Source: Squalus acanthias (lineage: Eukaryota). Taken from it: a stretch of 64,000 nt of DNA. A program made the translations under genes and the position numbers. Below are positions 23,908 to 37,235 of this stretch, piece after piece. Where the stretch lies: the NCBI GenBank assembly GCA_030390025.1, contig CM059425.1, forward strand, positions 169,448,001 through 169,512,000, in the 5' to 3' direction. Under the pieces are notes generated by a model. It searched no databases. It saw nothing but the letters and a program-made list of their open reading frames with translations, and had not been told where the DNA came from. The first letter of the stretch is position 1, and each line of letters opens with the position of its first letter.

Positions 23908-24480
23908 AAATAAAAACAGAAAATACTGGAACTACTCAGCAGGTCAGGCAGCATCTGTGGAATGAGAAACAGAGTTAACATTTCAGGTCGATCACCTTTT
24001 GTCAGAACTGGAAAACGTTAGAGATGTAACAGATTTTAAGCAAGTGTAGGGGCAGGGAAAGGGGGGAGGGGAGGAAAGAACATAAGAACATAAGAAATAG
24101 GAGCAGGAATAGGCCACTTGGCCCCTCGAACAAAAGGAAAGTTCTGTGATAGGGTGGAAGGCAGGAGTGATTAAATGACAAAAGGTATGATTGTTCAAAG
24201 CAAAAGGAGATTGTAATGGTACAAGTAAAGAAACAAAAGAAGAGGTGTAAATGGGTATAGCAGAATAATCAACAGCTGCCATCTGAAAAAAATATGGGCA
24301 GAGGTTATAGTTTGAAACTGTTGAACATGATGTTGAGTCTAGAAGGCTGTTAAGTGCTTAATAGAAAGATGAGGTGTTGTTCCTTGAGCTTACATTGAGC
24401 TTCGTTGGAACAGTGTAAGAGGTCGAGGATGGAGAGGTCAGAGTGGGAGTGGAGCGGAGAATTAAGATGACAGGTGACCG
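23908..24480 (-). mobile_element. Penelope-like element 3' part (GIY-YIG tail and pLTR), with a ~50-bp CR1 tail inserted at 24078-24129
   Basis: PVTCHLNSPLHSHSDLSILDLLHCSNEAQCKLKEQHLIF, followed by the pLTR with a mutated hammerhead at 23973-24009. Confidence 0.8.
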
Positions 24481-25032
24481 GACGTACATCACAATTTGTG
24501 AGGAAATCTTGAGCACCTGGAACTTCTGTGGTGGGTTGTCCCGACATCCGCTGTAACTTCAATGGAAGATTGGTGGAAACCCCAGATAAAAAGCGGTTCA
24601 CCCCTCTTCTCGGGATTTCTGCCGAAGTTACAGAGGACAATTGGGAGAACCCCCAAAAACAATTCTAAACTGAGGGGAATATCAGTCGCAGTGCACCCAC
24701 AAACGCATTGCCAACGGGCATGTGTCCATGTTGCAAAAACTGCGTTTCATTGATGTAAAAACAATGTTGTCTTAACTGTTGATGAGCAGATTGCCGCTTT
24801 AACCCCCCAAAGTAATTCTAATTGAAGCAAAGCAAATAATGACCCAAGCTGCACAATAACAGTGTCAGTGCCCTTAGTTCAGTTACGTGTACAGGTGGAA
24901 GTGAAACTTGATGGTTAATAACCAGTTACTCAATATATAATAGTCAAGTCCATTTTGTTTTGATTTTCACTAAAAAGTGGATAGAACTGTGGATTTGGAT
25001 TCCCAAAATACCAATAAAAATCATATCCCATA

Positions 25033-25132
25033 ATAAAAACAATAAATGCTGGAAACACTCAGCAGGTCAGGCAGCATCTGTGGCGAAGGAAACAGAGTTA
25101 ACGTTTTAGGTTGATGACCTTTCGTCAGAACT
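25033..25132 (-). mobile_element. ~100-bp Penelope pLTR mini-insert; CCATA TSD
   Basis: Same pLTR sequence; CCATA at 25028-25032 and 25133-25137; hammerhead GAAA mutated to AAAA. Confidence 0.75.
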
Positions 25133-26046
25133 CCATAGAAAACTCTGTAATCCCTTATAACGAAAAGGAAATTTGACTTCATAAAAAAATGGGTTAAATT
25201 GTAAACAGACAGAATCAGGAAATGGGTTCCCAAAAATAATGGTTAAAAGTTTTGGAATAAAATTTAATAAAAATAAAATTTGAACTCCATCACCATAAAT
25301 TGTAACCTGATTATAGAAAGCAAGTGAGCAGTTATTGGCATTTATTACCCTGGAAAAACTTATTTGGAGTGCCCACACCCATGGCTTTTGTCTTGTCTCC
25401 TAAATTTCACATGGGAACACGTCACTTCTTTACTGTGACAAGTTGTCAGAATAATTCTGTTGACAAATGCATCCTCTTTTATAGCATCACTTGCTCTGTT
25501 AAACAGCATTTCTTTGTGTTCATTTCTAACAGGATAAAACAAATAATGTGAGTTCATGTTTTTTTTGCTTTTGTGAATGAATACAATCAAATACTCTGTA
25601 GAAGATAGAGAGTGGGACTTAGAGGATATCAATAGGGAATAATGGAATGCTATGTCAGTTCTATAAATAAGCAAATCCTGACGAGTCAGACATTTACTGA
25701 TCCCCTGTCCTATTCAATTATACAATATGTGTAGGGATATTTGATTTTAAAATAATGAATGTTACTTTTACTTAAAAATAGTCAACTGCGATTATAACAA
25801 GTATGGAAGGTGCTTTAAATAATACTCAACATTCTGTGACATGAACTGTCATTCATGCCTAACAGGTAACTGTCACCTTGAAAATGCCCTCAGTGGAGAT
25901 TATAGGGGTGTATTTCCCATTTCCCGATTATTGCCCATGCGGTGAAGACAAAGATTTACCTTTTTGTCTTTGAATTGTTCAGTGCAATTGATGAAATGGA
26001 GACAGTTTAAAAAATTGAAATATAGATGGAAGTGTCATGCTCATTG

Positions 26047-27576
26047 ATTTTTTTATTCGTTTATGGGATGTGGGTGTCGCTGGCAAGGCCAGCATTTATT
26101 GCCCATCCCTAATTGCCCTTAAGAAGGTGGTGGTGAGCCACCTTCTTGAACCGCTGCAGTCGGTGAGGTGAAGGTACTCCCACAGTGCTGTTAGGTAGGG
26201 AGTTCCAGGATTTTGACCCAGCGACGATGAAGGATCGGCGATATACTTCTAAGTCAGGATGGTGTGTGACTTGGAGGGGAACTTGGAGGTGGTGGTGTTC
26301 CCATGCGCCTGCTGCCCTTGTCCTTCTAGGTGGAAGAGGTCGCGGGTTTGGGAGGTGCTGCCGAAGAAGCTTTGATGAGTTGCTGCAGTGCGTCTTGTAG
26401 ATGGTACACACTGCAGCCACGGTACGCCAGTGGTGGAGGGAGTGAATGTTTAAGGTGGTAGATGGGGTGCCAATCAAGCGGGCTGCTTTGTCCTGGATGG
26501 TGTCGAGCTTCTTGAGTGTGGTTGGAGCTGCACTCATCCAGGCAAGTGGAGAGTATTCCATCACACTCCTTACTTGTGCCTTGCAGATGGTAGAAAGGCT
26601 TTGGGGAGTCAGGAGGTGAGACACTCGCCGCAGAATACCTAGCTTCTGACCTGCTCTTGTTGCCACAGTATTTATGTGGCTGGTCCAGTTAAGTTTCTGG
26701 TCAATGGTGACCCCCAGGATGTTGATGGTGGGGGATTCGGCGATGATAATGCCGCTGAATGTCAAAGGCCGGTGGTTAGACTCTCGCTTGTTGGAGATAG
26801 TCATTGCCTGGCACTTCTGTGGCGTGAATGTTACCTGCCACTTATCAGCCCAAGCCTGAACGTCGTCCAGGTCTTGTTGCATACGGGCATGGACTGCTTC
26901 ATTATCGGAGGAGTTGTGAATGGCGCTGAACACTGTGCAGTCATCAGCGAACATCCCCACATCTGTCCTTATGTTGGAGGGAAGGTCATTGATGAAGCAG
27001 CTGAAGATGGTTGGGACTAGGACACTGTCCTGATGAACTCCTGCAGCAATGTCCTGGGGCTGTGATGATTGACCTTTAATCACCACAACCATCTTTCTTT
27101 GTGCTAGGTATGACTCCAGCCAGTGGAGCGTTTTCCCCCCAATTCCCATTGACTTCAGTTTTACTAGGGCTCCTTGATGCCACATTCAGTCAAATGCTGC
27201 CTTGATGTCAAGGGCAGTCACTCTCACCTCACCTCTGGAATTCAGCTCTTTTGTCCATGTTTGGACCAAGGCTGTAATGAGGTCGGGAGCCGAGTGGTCT
27301 TGGCGGAGCCCAAACTGGGCATCAGTGATCAGGTTATTGGTGAGTAAGTGCCGCTCGATAGCACTGTCGATGACACCTTCCATCACTTTGCTGATGATTG
27401 AGAGTAGACCGATGGGGCGGTAATTGGCCGGATTGGATTTGTCCTGCTTTTTGTGGACAGGACTTGCCTGGGCAGTTTTCCACATTGTTGGATAGATGCC
27501 AGTGTTGTAGCTGTACTGGAACAGCTTGGCTAGAGGTGCGGCTAGTTTTGGAGCACAAGTCTTCAGCACGACAGCT
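26047..27576 (-). mobile_element. 5'-truncated non-LTR retrotransposon (CR1/Jockey-group RT), a family distinct from the other CR1s here
   Basis: NYRPIGLLS, QFGLR, LDIKAAFD*VWH, FADD, LGVTIDQKLNW; a single stop at 27186-27188; 3' end ...CCCACATCCCATAAACGAATAAAAAAA. Confidence 0.88.
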
Positions 27577-28745
27577 GGGACATCTCTTCATTAACCCCTT
27601 GGTGTAGAGTCAATTCTGCATATTCATCTGACATAGTTTTCTCGGTAGTTTCCATTTAGAGATTAGTTTATTGTTCTTTCTATCATGCATTGAAGCTGTT
27701 TCCGCCATGCTTGATTTGATTTTGAGATACGGGGGAATGAATTCCCACAGGCCGCTAGGTAGTGACATAGTTAATCTGTTTGTGAAGATTTCTATTGAAC
27801 TCATAAATACCTCAAACAGAGAAAATCATCACGAATACATTTACGATGATGCTACACAAAGGGGTTCGTATTGACAGGGAGAGACATTAAAATCTTTAAA
27901 AAAATAAAGCAAAACGTAGTGGTGCATTTCAAGCTGAGCTGCAACAAATCTTGCATGAAAACTATTAAAAAGTTAATTTTTATGATGTTGGAAAATCTAG
28001 CATTAACAGATGTTGTTGTCAGGAAAAAAAGAGAGATACGTTCTTGGATTGTTAGAGATTTAAAATCTCTTCAGGTCTACAGCGGATCCCTCACCGACTA
28101 ACAATTGGACTGCTGATCACAGCTGGATACACACTGTAAACACATTTATTAAATTCTCTGGGATTTTTTTCTGTTGTGGGTACTTCCCTCTCTTTTGATC
28201 TCTTCATGCCGCTCCTCATTCCCCAACTGAGAGGACCGTCCGGCAGCCTGCTCCCTGAACTCTTTCAGTGTCACACTTCAGGTGGTGACTGGGAAGTGTG
28301 TAACTTGCTCTCTGATTTTCACCCCACTTCCTGTGGGGAAATGTCTCATCACATCTTGACAGGAGAGTTTGCAGACAGCACGATAACAATCGAAAAATCC
28401 CCATTTGGGGAAAACACACGTGACACTGTAATAAATCTATTTTTAAGTTCCTGCATTAAAATTATGTTTTTTAAAACTGTTTTTCTTTCTCTTCTCTCCT
28501 AAACACAGTGACTTATGTTGGGTTATATTCCACTGGGAGCCCTCCGGTATCTCACCACTGTAGTTATTGCTCAGGTTTGAACCTAGACTGTGGTGTCAGT
28601 AGCTGCAATTATCCAGAAGGATATTAAAATAATAATAAAATATATATATATTCAAAATATTTTTCATGAGACTTATATTAACTCAGCAGCTTTTTGTGAG
28701 ACTCTTTATCGATGCCCTTTCATTTATTTCCATTGTCAACCTTTA

Positions 28746-31270
28746 GGGGGTGAAATTGGATTGGGCCCGAAAACGGGCGCGGGGATCACGATGCTCGATC
28801 TGCCTGCGCCTATTGAAAGTGGCGCAGGAAACACACAAAATTCGTGCTGCCTGCTCATTAGCAGGATTGCAGTGATGAGCCCAGTGCTAAACACGCTGCT
28901 GGTTGGCTCAGCGCTCAACTGGGGGATCAATATCGGGTGAAGTCTGCTGTCCAATTAAAGTTTGCCTGCAGAGTGAAAGGCTCTCTGCACTTCTTAAAGG
29001 GGAGGTTCTTTGTTGCAGACATCAACACTCACCTACCAACAATCTCTACCTATCACCACTCATACTTCACAATCATAGTTTCACCTTAGCCTCACACACT
29101 TACCACTGCTGCAAGACTCACACCCACATCTCACACCTTGCACACAATGTCAGCTATTCAACTATGACAGGCACATCACCCAAACACATTGCACCACACT
29201 CACTGACACACTGCCCTTTCTCTTGCAGGCCAAGGTGGTTCTCAACTGGTGTGAGCAGCAGCAGACAGGCGGGGACAAGCACAGCTGCGCAACCTTACTG
29301 CGCTGGAGGAGACAGTGCTGGAGTTCATTGGAGGGGCCGTCACTGAGGCCATGGTGAGTGACGAGGTTGAAAGAATTGATGATGACGGTATGCTCATACC
29401 TAACCTTTCTTCTCACATTCCACTTCCCCCTCATCACACAATCTCTTCTCACTTACAAGCTGCTGATGATGTAAGCATGCACATCTTGCTTTCCCCACTC
29501 CCCTCACCACAACCCAACTCTTGTGCCATTCTCCTTTCAGATACCCAAGAACTGCCAGCAGCCCAGCCAGTGCATGAACAACTAAAGGAGGAGAGTGATG
29601 GAGAAGAAGAGGCACCGTCACTCGATCTGACACTCCCAGGCACCAACTCAGAAAATGGCACTGCGCAAACTTTAGAGGGTAGTATAGAGGCAGGATCTGC
29701 ACATGGTGAGTCACCATGAGTGAGGTCCAGCAAGGCCAGGGGGAAAGGGTTGCTCGGGTACCAGCTCCCTGGAGGGCGAGTTTGCACATGGGTTCTGCTG
29801 CACAGGACTCAGATGATGACCTCGATGGGGCGGCCTTTAGCAGAAGGGTGATTGGCATGCACACGGAAATGCTTGGTGCAATAGCAAGCCTGCCAGAGAG
29901 CATCTTGTCAGTGTCAAGGAGCATGGAGGAGTCCGGCTCCAACATTGCACGGGGCTTTGTGCAGACCTTGGAGCCCATGATTTCCAGGGTGGAAGTGATG
30001 GTCAACTCCATTAGAACACTTGTGGAGCCAACCATGATGCAGCGTCTGATGGGTGAAGTCTCAACTTCCACTGCAGCACAAGCGGAAGCAACCCAACGTC
30101 TGAGTGCTGCAGTGGAAGCTCAGATTTCTGTCATCGTGGCTGGGTTTATGAGTGTGTAAAGGGGCATGCAGGGTCTCACAGCAGTCCAGCAATCTGTGCT
30201 CCAACAGATGGCTAGGAATTCTGAGGCACCGCCCGGGGGAGTGGCAGTGGCTCTGTGGAGCAAGAACCTGCTGTCCTCTCTCAGGATGACAGCATTTGTA
30301 CTCCCACCACTGACACTCTGTCATAAGAACATAAGAAATAGGAGCAGGAATAGGCCCCTTGGCCCCTTGAGCCTGTTCCGTCATTCAATAAGATCATGGC
30401 TGATCTTGGGCTCAAAGCCACTTCCCAGCCCGCTCCCCATAACCCTTCACTCCCTAATCTTACAAAAATTTGTCTATCTCCACCTTAAATGTATTTAATG
30501 ACCCAGCCTCCACAGCTCTCTGCGGCAGAGAATTCCACAGATTTACGACCCTCTGAGAGAAGAAATTCCTCCTCATCTCAGTTCTAAAAGGGCGACCCTT
30601 TATTCTGAAACTATGTCCCCGAGTTCTAGATTTCCCCATGAGGGGAAACATCCTCTCTGCATCTACCTTGTCGAGCCCTCTCAGTATCTTATATGTTTCA
30701 ATAAGATCACCTCTCATTCTTCTAAATTCCAATGAGTATAGGCCCAACCTGCTCAACCTTTCCTGTCAGTACCCTTGCTGCTGCCTGTCAGCCAGGCAGC
30801 CCAGACTGCTGCAAGTGAGCCCCCATGTCTGGGAGCAAGTGGTCTGATCATAAGCCTTGAATTCAGAAGCAAGGCCTTCTCCACTTGCAGCACCACTCCC
30901 TGTCACCTCACCAACTTTAAACAACTCTAGAAAGCTCCAAACAGTTCCACAAACTTATACAGAGCTTGTAGAAATCAAAAAGCAAGTTACCTGAAAGTTG
31001 TTGATGATCCCATTAAATACCGCTGGTGGGGGGGTCCTTTGTGCAGCTGAACGCATGTTCAGCTGTTCGTGTTTAGGAGAGGGCGTTGATTGGAACGACG
31101 ACGTCCAAAATGGCAGTTCGTGCGTCATATCACTGTTGCATGTTGATTGATGTCACGGTCTGCCTCATTTGAATTCTACCACTGCACACAGGCAACGGCC
31201 ACGCTACCGACCTACCTAAAATGGCGACCGCCGCGGTCCACGTCGGAAATGGCCAGAAGCGCGGCGGCTG
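28746..31270 (+). mobile_element. Internally deleted Harbinger: Myb exons 2-3 retained, exon 1 and nearly all of the transposase deleted
   Basis: Left end GGGGGTGAAATT; exon 2 at 29229-29387 (TCTTGCAG|GCCAAG); exon 3 from 29541 (LEGSIEAGS, MHTEMLGA, QQSVLQQ); only the transposase start ATGGGGGCT (-, 30826) remains; right TIR not found. Confidence 0.8.
30324..30762 (-). mobile_element. CR1 3' fragment inserted in Harbinger Myb exon 3; CTGTCA TSD
   Basis: RLGLYSLEFRRMRGDLIETYK; CTGTCA at 30318-30323 and 30763-30768. Confidence 0.88.
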
Positions 31271-31499
31271 CCAAGGTATTTACTGCTGTCAAATCAGCAC
31301 AGGTATTCTTGTGGTATTTTCAAATTGATGGTTGAAATAGTGTGCCAATATATTTTATATGAAAACAATCCAATTGTAATAAATATTTACAAAAAGAATG
31401 TGGTGGAAGTTTCCCTTATTATGGCATTCAAAGGAAATTGTTCAATCTGTGCAGATTAAGTCCTTTTATTGCAATTTAGTAATTCAAAACCTATGATCC

Positions 31500-31710
31500 C
31501 CAATCACTGGCTCAGTGAGTAAGTGTACAACAAGAATGGTACTGAACAGTGCAGACTGAGGAAGGTCCAGGTTCCATTTTTAGTTTGTGCTGAGTCAATT
31601 GATCTCATCCTGGGGGAAAATGGAGGCCCTATGATTGGCCTCAGTGCCCTAAGCTGTGGTGGAAAAATCAGCCAGTGTTAGGCCCTGGGATTGCTACCTA
31701 CTGATCTCCA
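31500..31710 (+). mobile_element. Old tRNA-derived SINE-like remnant
   Basis: TGGCTCAGTGAGTAA (A-box-like) and GGTCCAGGTTCCATT (B-box-like); family not identified. Confidence 0.4.
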
Positions 31711-32456
31711 CTTGAAACTGAGCATGCACAGACTTCAGTGTAACACTTTGGGCTTCCTCACAGCACAATGCTACACCGTGCTCATGGTTAAAAGGTGGCT
31801 TACCTAAGAAGAGCGAGTCTCCTATGAACCAATATCTGCATCTTTATACATGCTGTGAATGGGATTAACAATGACTCTGTAATTGCTATATCAACAACTG
31901 GAGATGATGTGGGATGCCCACCAGGACTGATAATCTGATAATGACTGCCCAGTCTGCTGAAACACATCGGGTACCTGTCTCATCCATCATTGGGCGTGGG
32001 GGCCTGAGTCCCGCAATGTGCTTAAGGTGCCTAGCGCACTCAATGCACTGCGATAGCTGAAAGGGCACTGAGACACTGCATGTAAATTGTATATAAGGCT
32101 CATTAAGCCCCTGAAAAAAAAATAATTAAGACTCCTTCCCAATAATACAACTGAAGCGTCGTGGCAGTGCTCCAGCCACATCTGTTCAAACCAGGCGCTG
32201 ATGGGGAGACACTAACAAAATGTTTTTAAAATTCCCTGCCCTGTGCCCCTCATCACCCTTGCAAGTCCCTGCCCTTTCTGCTCAGGACTTCAATTCCCCT
32301 CCCCCATTGCTCCATGCCCTATCCCCCTCCATACTGGAAAATCCTGAGAGTGCTGTACAATCAGCCAGTGGCCCTTGACTGACTGTCAATTCTGGCCTCC
32401 GCCCTCTGGTATATCGTGAGCGACACTTGCTGAACACCAGAAAAACATTAAAATGA

Positions 32457-32950
32457 GCTCCGTTCTCGGCCTCTTACACTGTTCCAATGAAACTCAACAT
32501 AAGCTCGAGGAACAGCACCTCATCTTTCAATTAGGCACTTTCTAGCCTTCTGGACTCAACATCGAGTTCAACAATTTCAGACCATAACCTCGGCCCCTAT
32601 GTTTTCTTTTCTCTCTCACATGGCAGCTGTTGATGATTCCGCCAGTGCCATTTACACCTCATCTAGAGTCATCTTTTGTTTCTTAACTTGCCTCACATCT
32701 TCTTTTGCCTTGCACCATCATCCCTTTTTTCTTTTAATCTCTCCTGCCTTCCAGCCTATCACAGACCTTCCCTTTGTTCTTTCCTGCCCTCCCCCCTTTC
32801 CCTACCCCACACTTGCTTGAATATCTGTTACTTCTCCAACTTTTTCCAGTTCTGACGAAGGGTCATCGACCTGAAACATTAACTCTGTTTCTCTCTCCAC
32901 AATGCTGCCTGACCTGCTGAGTGTTTCCAGCATTTTCTGTTGTTGATTTA
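32457..32950 (+). mobile_element. Penelope-like element 3' part with pLTR
   Basis: LGLLHCSNETQHKLEEQHLIFQLGT, then CTGACGAAGGGTCATCGACCTGAAACATTAACT at 32852-32884. Confidence 0.8.
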
Positions 32951-33196
32951 AATGAGCTGACATTGTGATATCCGGCCAGCTCATCCCTGCTCAGGTGCAT
33001 GGAGTACCTGAAGAGCACCAGCTTGTTCAGCACGGTGTGGAGGCTGCATCTGTAGAAAGGTGTAAAATACCACACCATCAAAATAATGTGTACAGGCTAA
33101 AACTAATTGTCAGATTTATTTACAGATTGAATAATACATGATGGTAGCAGATATTTCATGTCATTCTAATGAGCAGCTGGCCACACATACAAACAG

Positions 33197-34105
33197 GAGT
33201 CATAGAGTCATACGGCACAGAAGGAGGCCATTCGGCCCATCGAGTCCGTGCCAGCTCTCTATAGATCAATCCAGTCAGTCCCATTCCCCCGCTCTATCCC
33301 CGTAGCCCTGCAAGTTTATTTCCCTCAAGTGCCTATCCAGTCTCCCCTTGAAAACATTGAGTGTCTCCACTTCCACCACTTCCGTTGGCAGCGAATTCCA
33401 CGCCATCATCACTCGCTGCGTAAAAAAGTTTTTCCTCACATCCCCCTTGTATCTCTTGCCCAAAACCTTAAATCTGTGTCCCCTAGTCCTTGTACCATCA
33501 ACTAGTGGTAACAGCCTTTCCCCGTCTAGCCTATCCAAATCCGTCATAATCTTGTACACCTCTATCAAATCACCCCTCAACCTCCTTTGCTCCAATGAAA
33601 ACAAATCCAGCTTCTCCAACCTGTCCTTGTAGCTAAGATCCCCCATCCCCAGAACTGTTCTGGTAAATCTCCTCTGCACCCTCTCAAGGGCCTTCACATC
33701 CTTCCTAAAGTGTGGTGACCAGAACTGGATGCAATACTCCAGTTGTGGCCTAACCAGCGCTTTATAAAGGTTCAGCATAATGGAGAATGGAGTAGGCCAT
33801 TCAGCCCCTGGAACCTGTTCCACTATTCAATTAGATCATGGCTGGTCTATATCTTAACTCCATCGACCTGCCTTGTTTCCGTAACCATTAATACCCTTGC
33901 CTAGCAAAAATCTATCAGTCTCTTTTTTGAATTTTCAATTGACCTAGGCTCAACAGCTTTTTGGGGAGAGAGTTCCAGATTTCCACTGCCCTTTGTGTGA
34001 AGAAGTGCTTCCTGACATCACCCCTGTACAGCCTAGCTCTAATTTTAAGATTATGCCCCCTTGTTCTGGACTCTCCCACCAGAGAAAACAGATCTTTTCT
34101 ACCTG
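33197..34105 (-). mobile_element. Two tandem CR1 3' fragments (33197-33780 and 33780-34105)
   Basis: LYKALVRPQLEYC...RRLRGDLIEVYK; SRTRGHNLK; two separate CR1 tails. Confidence 0.88.
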
Positions 34106-34465
34106 TTAATGCCTTGACCGCAGACAATTCAATGTGTACCTAGAACAAACCCCCTGTACCCTGACTAATTTGCAGATGATCAACTCACAGAGAACCAGTC
34201 TCCCAGCCTCAATTTTGATATTTGGTAAAGGAAGACATCTTGCATTTTAATCCTAGCTAATTTAACACCTGACATGAAATAAAGACAGAAAATCCTCCAT
34301 CTTGTCTCAGACATGCAAGGACAGGATTATACTTGGCTGTTCCGTCTCCTGTAGCTGACTAGTTCGGTGACACTGTCTTGGTTCATACACAAAGAATGAT
34401 TAGTCCAAAGAAACACCACAGGGCTTTCAGTGCCTATGGAACTGTACTCCAACATGAATTGCCGG

Positions 34466-34624
34466 CAATGTTTCCTCTTATTTTATTTGGGTGCACGGCC
34501 CCTTTAAGGGGCTGCGCGGCCCATTTAGTTTTGAGCATGCGCAAAACTTTACAATGAAAAAGCCGGTCCCAGGCTGCGCAGGACTGGCAGAGAGCTGCGT
34601 GGCCGCACAGCTTGCAGGACGTTG
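34466..34624. mobile_element. Decayed hAT-type MITE related to 35188-35328
   Basis: CAATGTTTCC...GGACGTTG ends; shares GCATGC..TTTACAATG; 6/8 flank match (ATTGCCGG vs ATTAACGG). Confidence 0.55.
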
Positions 34625-34630
34625 ATTAAC

Positions 34631-34784
34631 GGGGGTGAAATATGTCTTGGGTGGTAGTGCAAAAGGGACGACAGCAAATCGGCAGCCCGTTTTACACTCC
34701 ACCCGATTTTCCTTTCCATGGAAAATAGGCTGCTGATTAGCTATTGCCCGTTTAGTGCTGCATTCTGAGACGAATATCACCCCC
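34631..34784. mobile_element. Short foldback MITE
   Basis: GGGGGTGAAAT / ATATCACCCCC ends; internal AAATCGGCAGCC / GGCTGCTGATT symmetry. Confidence 0.65.
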
Positions 34785-35187
34785 ACTGACTTCAGGAGGA
34801 GCAGAGAAAATTAAAAAAAATTGTATTCAGCTGGTTAATTTGTCATTAATACCATGGGCCTTTGCCTCATTTACAAGATTAACACATGGAACTTTTTGAA
34901 ATGTCATCTCAAAATCTAAATAAATTATTCACCCACTAATTAAGAAGCAGCTCAAAGAATTCTAATACATTTGTAAGGATGCCACCAAGATAATATGCTT
35001 GTCAACATCAAGGTCTCTAGGCCAATGAGAAATTTGCTTGTTAAATTTTGAGGGCTGCAGTGTGATGCTTGAAAACATACTGAAGTGGCCAGGTATATTA
35101 TTAAAGCATTAACTCTTGACTGGCTGAAGAATCAGCTACAGGAGCTGATTTTCAACCAATCAAAATCCAATTTTGGAAGGTATCAGC

Positions 35188-35328
35188 CAATGTTCCCCTG
35201 TAAGCTGCGCTTTATTCTGCGTGGCCTGTTTCTTTTAATGCGCGGTCCCTTTAAATTTCTGCGCATGCTCAGTATTTACAATGTAAAACGGACCACTCCC
35301 ATTACTGTGCGGCCGTGAGGGAACATTG
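35188..35328. mobile_element. hAT-superfamily MITE, 141 bp
   Basis: Perfect TIR CAATGTTCCC/GGGAACATTG and perfect 8-bp TSD GTATCAGC (35180-35187, 35329-35336). Confidence 0.88.
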
Positions 35329-35704
35329 GTATCAGCCTCATCCAGAGTGAATAGTGGGACTAAACATTCACGAAAACCAGCAAAAATTGACTTTTCCCAA
35401 GTTAAAATGTAATCCAAAAATGAGAATATCATAGTAGAACAGTACATATAAACAACATAGTAAAAATAGAGAATGGGCAACAAAGAAGTGGGAAGATGAG
35501 GTCAGTAGAAAATGTTTAAAACTTAGAAAACTCCCAAGAGAACCTCGAGTGTTGGCACACTGCCACAGTAATAAACTGCTCCATTTTGAGTATTATAATA
35601 TTGGAGTTTGTTTCAGCATCATGGTGTGAGTTGAAATATTTAAAACACTTGCCAGCTCGAGTGGCCTTAAATTCATTGGAGCTGCCAGTTCTTTAAGAGT
35701 TAAA

Positions 35705-36345
35705 GGGGTGAAAATTTGGTTGATTTGCGCCTCCCATTAGCGCCCTAAGAGGGCGCAAAGCAACTAGCACCTGGGCACGGCGCCGCTAACGCCCCCCGTG
35801 AAATTCAGCGGGTGGTTAGTGGCGGCGGTGACCGTTAGTGCCCCGCGGCGCTGCTCCTCCGGCGATGATGTCATCACCATGCGCAGCGCCCCGCTCGTGA
35901 TCTTCGGTAGTGCCCCCTGACTTATCGCCGGACGCTATGTCCAACAGGGTGAAGGGGGCCTACTTGTGGCCGGGGCGGCGCAAATTAAAGGGGAGGTGTC
36001 GGGCGGCCATTTTTGTTGCTGGCCGCCTGCCAGCACCTGCCCCCGTTGCCGTCCCCAGCTCCTCTGCAGCTCCTCTGTGAGCCCGGCACTTCTCTTTTGC
36101 CGGCACTCCGATCCCTGGTGGCCCAGCTGGGCCCCGGGCTAGGCCCCTCCCTTTTAATAAGGGGAGGAAGGCCTGCAGTACCGCGGCGCGATGTGCCGCA
36201 GCGCATGGCGCTGCTGCACGTTGTGCCGCGATATTCACTCACAGCGCCCAAGAGGGAGGCGGGGCGCTTCCAGTAGTGCCCCGCCTCCCTCTTGGTGTGC
36301 TACCAGTGAATTTTGGGTGCAGGGGCGCGACACAATTTTGCCCCC
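35705..36345. mobile_element. Harbinger MITE, GC-rich; AAA TSD
   Basis: GGGGTGAAAATT / AATTTTGCCCCC; AAA at 35702-35704 and 36346-36348; left end resembles the transposase-side end of the Harbinger at 1-4078. Confidence 0.85.
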
Positions 36346-37235
36346 AAAGCATCTATTTGTTCTTTAACATCTGGCTCCTTTTTAGAAAATTCAGTAGTTG
36401 TCTACATCTCTACTGCTTCTCTGTGGAGACTCCTTGTTGCTTTTTTCTAATATTTCTTCAACTGAATTCTGTATGATCCCAGCCATCAGTGCTCTTTGAT
36501 TCCTGACATCACTTAAATCAATTTTGTTTACCTTTTAGGTTGTGATTGACCTCCTTATTTAGCCACTGTAGTCCTGATTTTGCTATGTTTTATTTTCTCA
36601 CAGGGATATACTTCCTTCCACTTAAAAAGAAGTCTTTTGTTTTATTCTCTAGTTCTGCATCCCACTTATTCCACCTGAAACTCTTATTTGTAAATCCATA
36701 GTTTTCTCTTTTAAAGTCATGTACGTTTGTGTTGTTATTGTCCTTGGGGGAGGAATTTGGCATGTTAGCGCCCCGTTAGCACCTGGGGGGCACTAACGGG
36801 GCGCTAATGGGTTTGCGGCAGGACACGGCGAATCCAATGCCGCATGAGAAATTCACCCGGGATTTAGCGCTGGCGCTAACATTTACCGCCTAGGCCTTTA
36901 GCGGCTGCCAGATCGTGACGTCAATGTCTTTGGAACGCCCCGTTAACGGCCCAGATGCAAAATTCACTGTCGCCCCCTGCCTTAGCGCCTGGCCTGAACA
37001 CCGGCAGGAAGAGGAGGCGTGATGCAGTCGGATGGCCGCTGTCGGAGCGGTGTTTAAAGGGATCAACATCCGGTTTCCTTTTAGTCGCCAATCAATGCGG
37101 CCTGCTCAGTTTCACCGAGCGAAACAGCCGTTTTCAGTGAGTTAAATGTTTCTTACTTTCAGGAGTGTTCTGCCTGATAAAAATTTGTCACTCCCATTCT
37201 GCTAAGATTTCGACGTCCTACATTTGGTTACGTTA

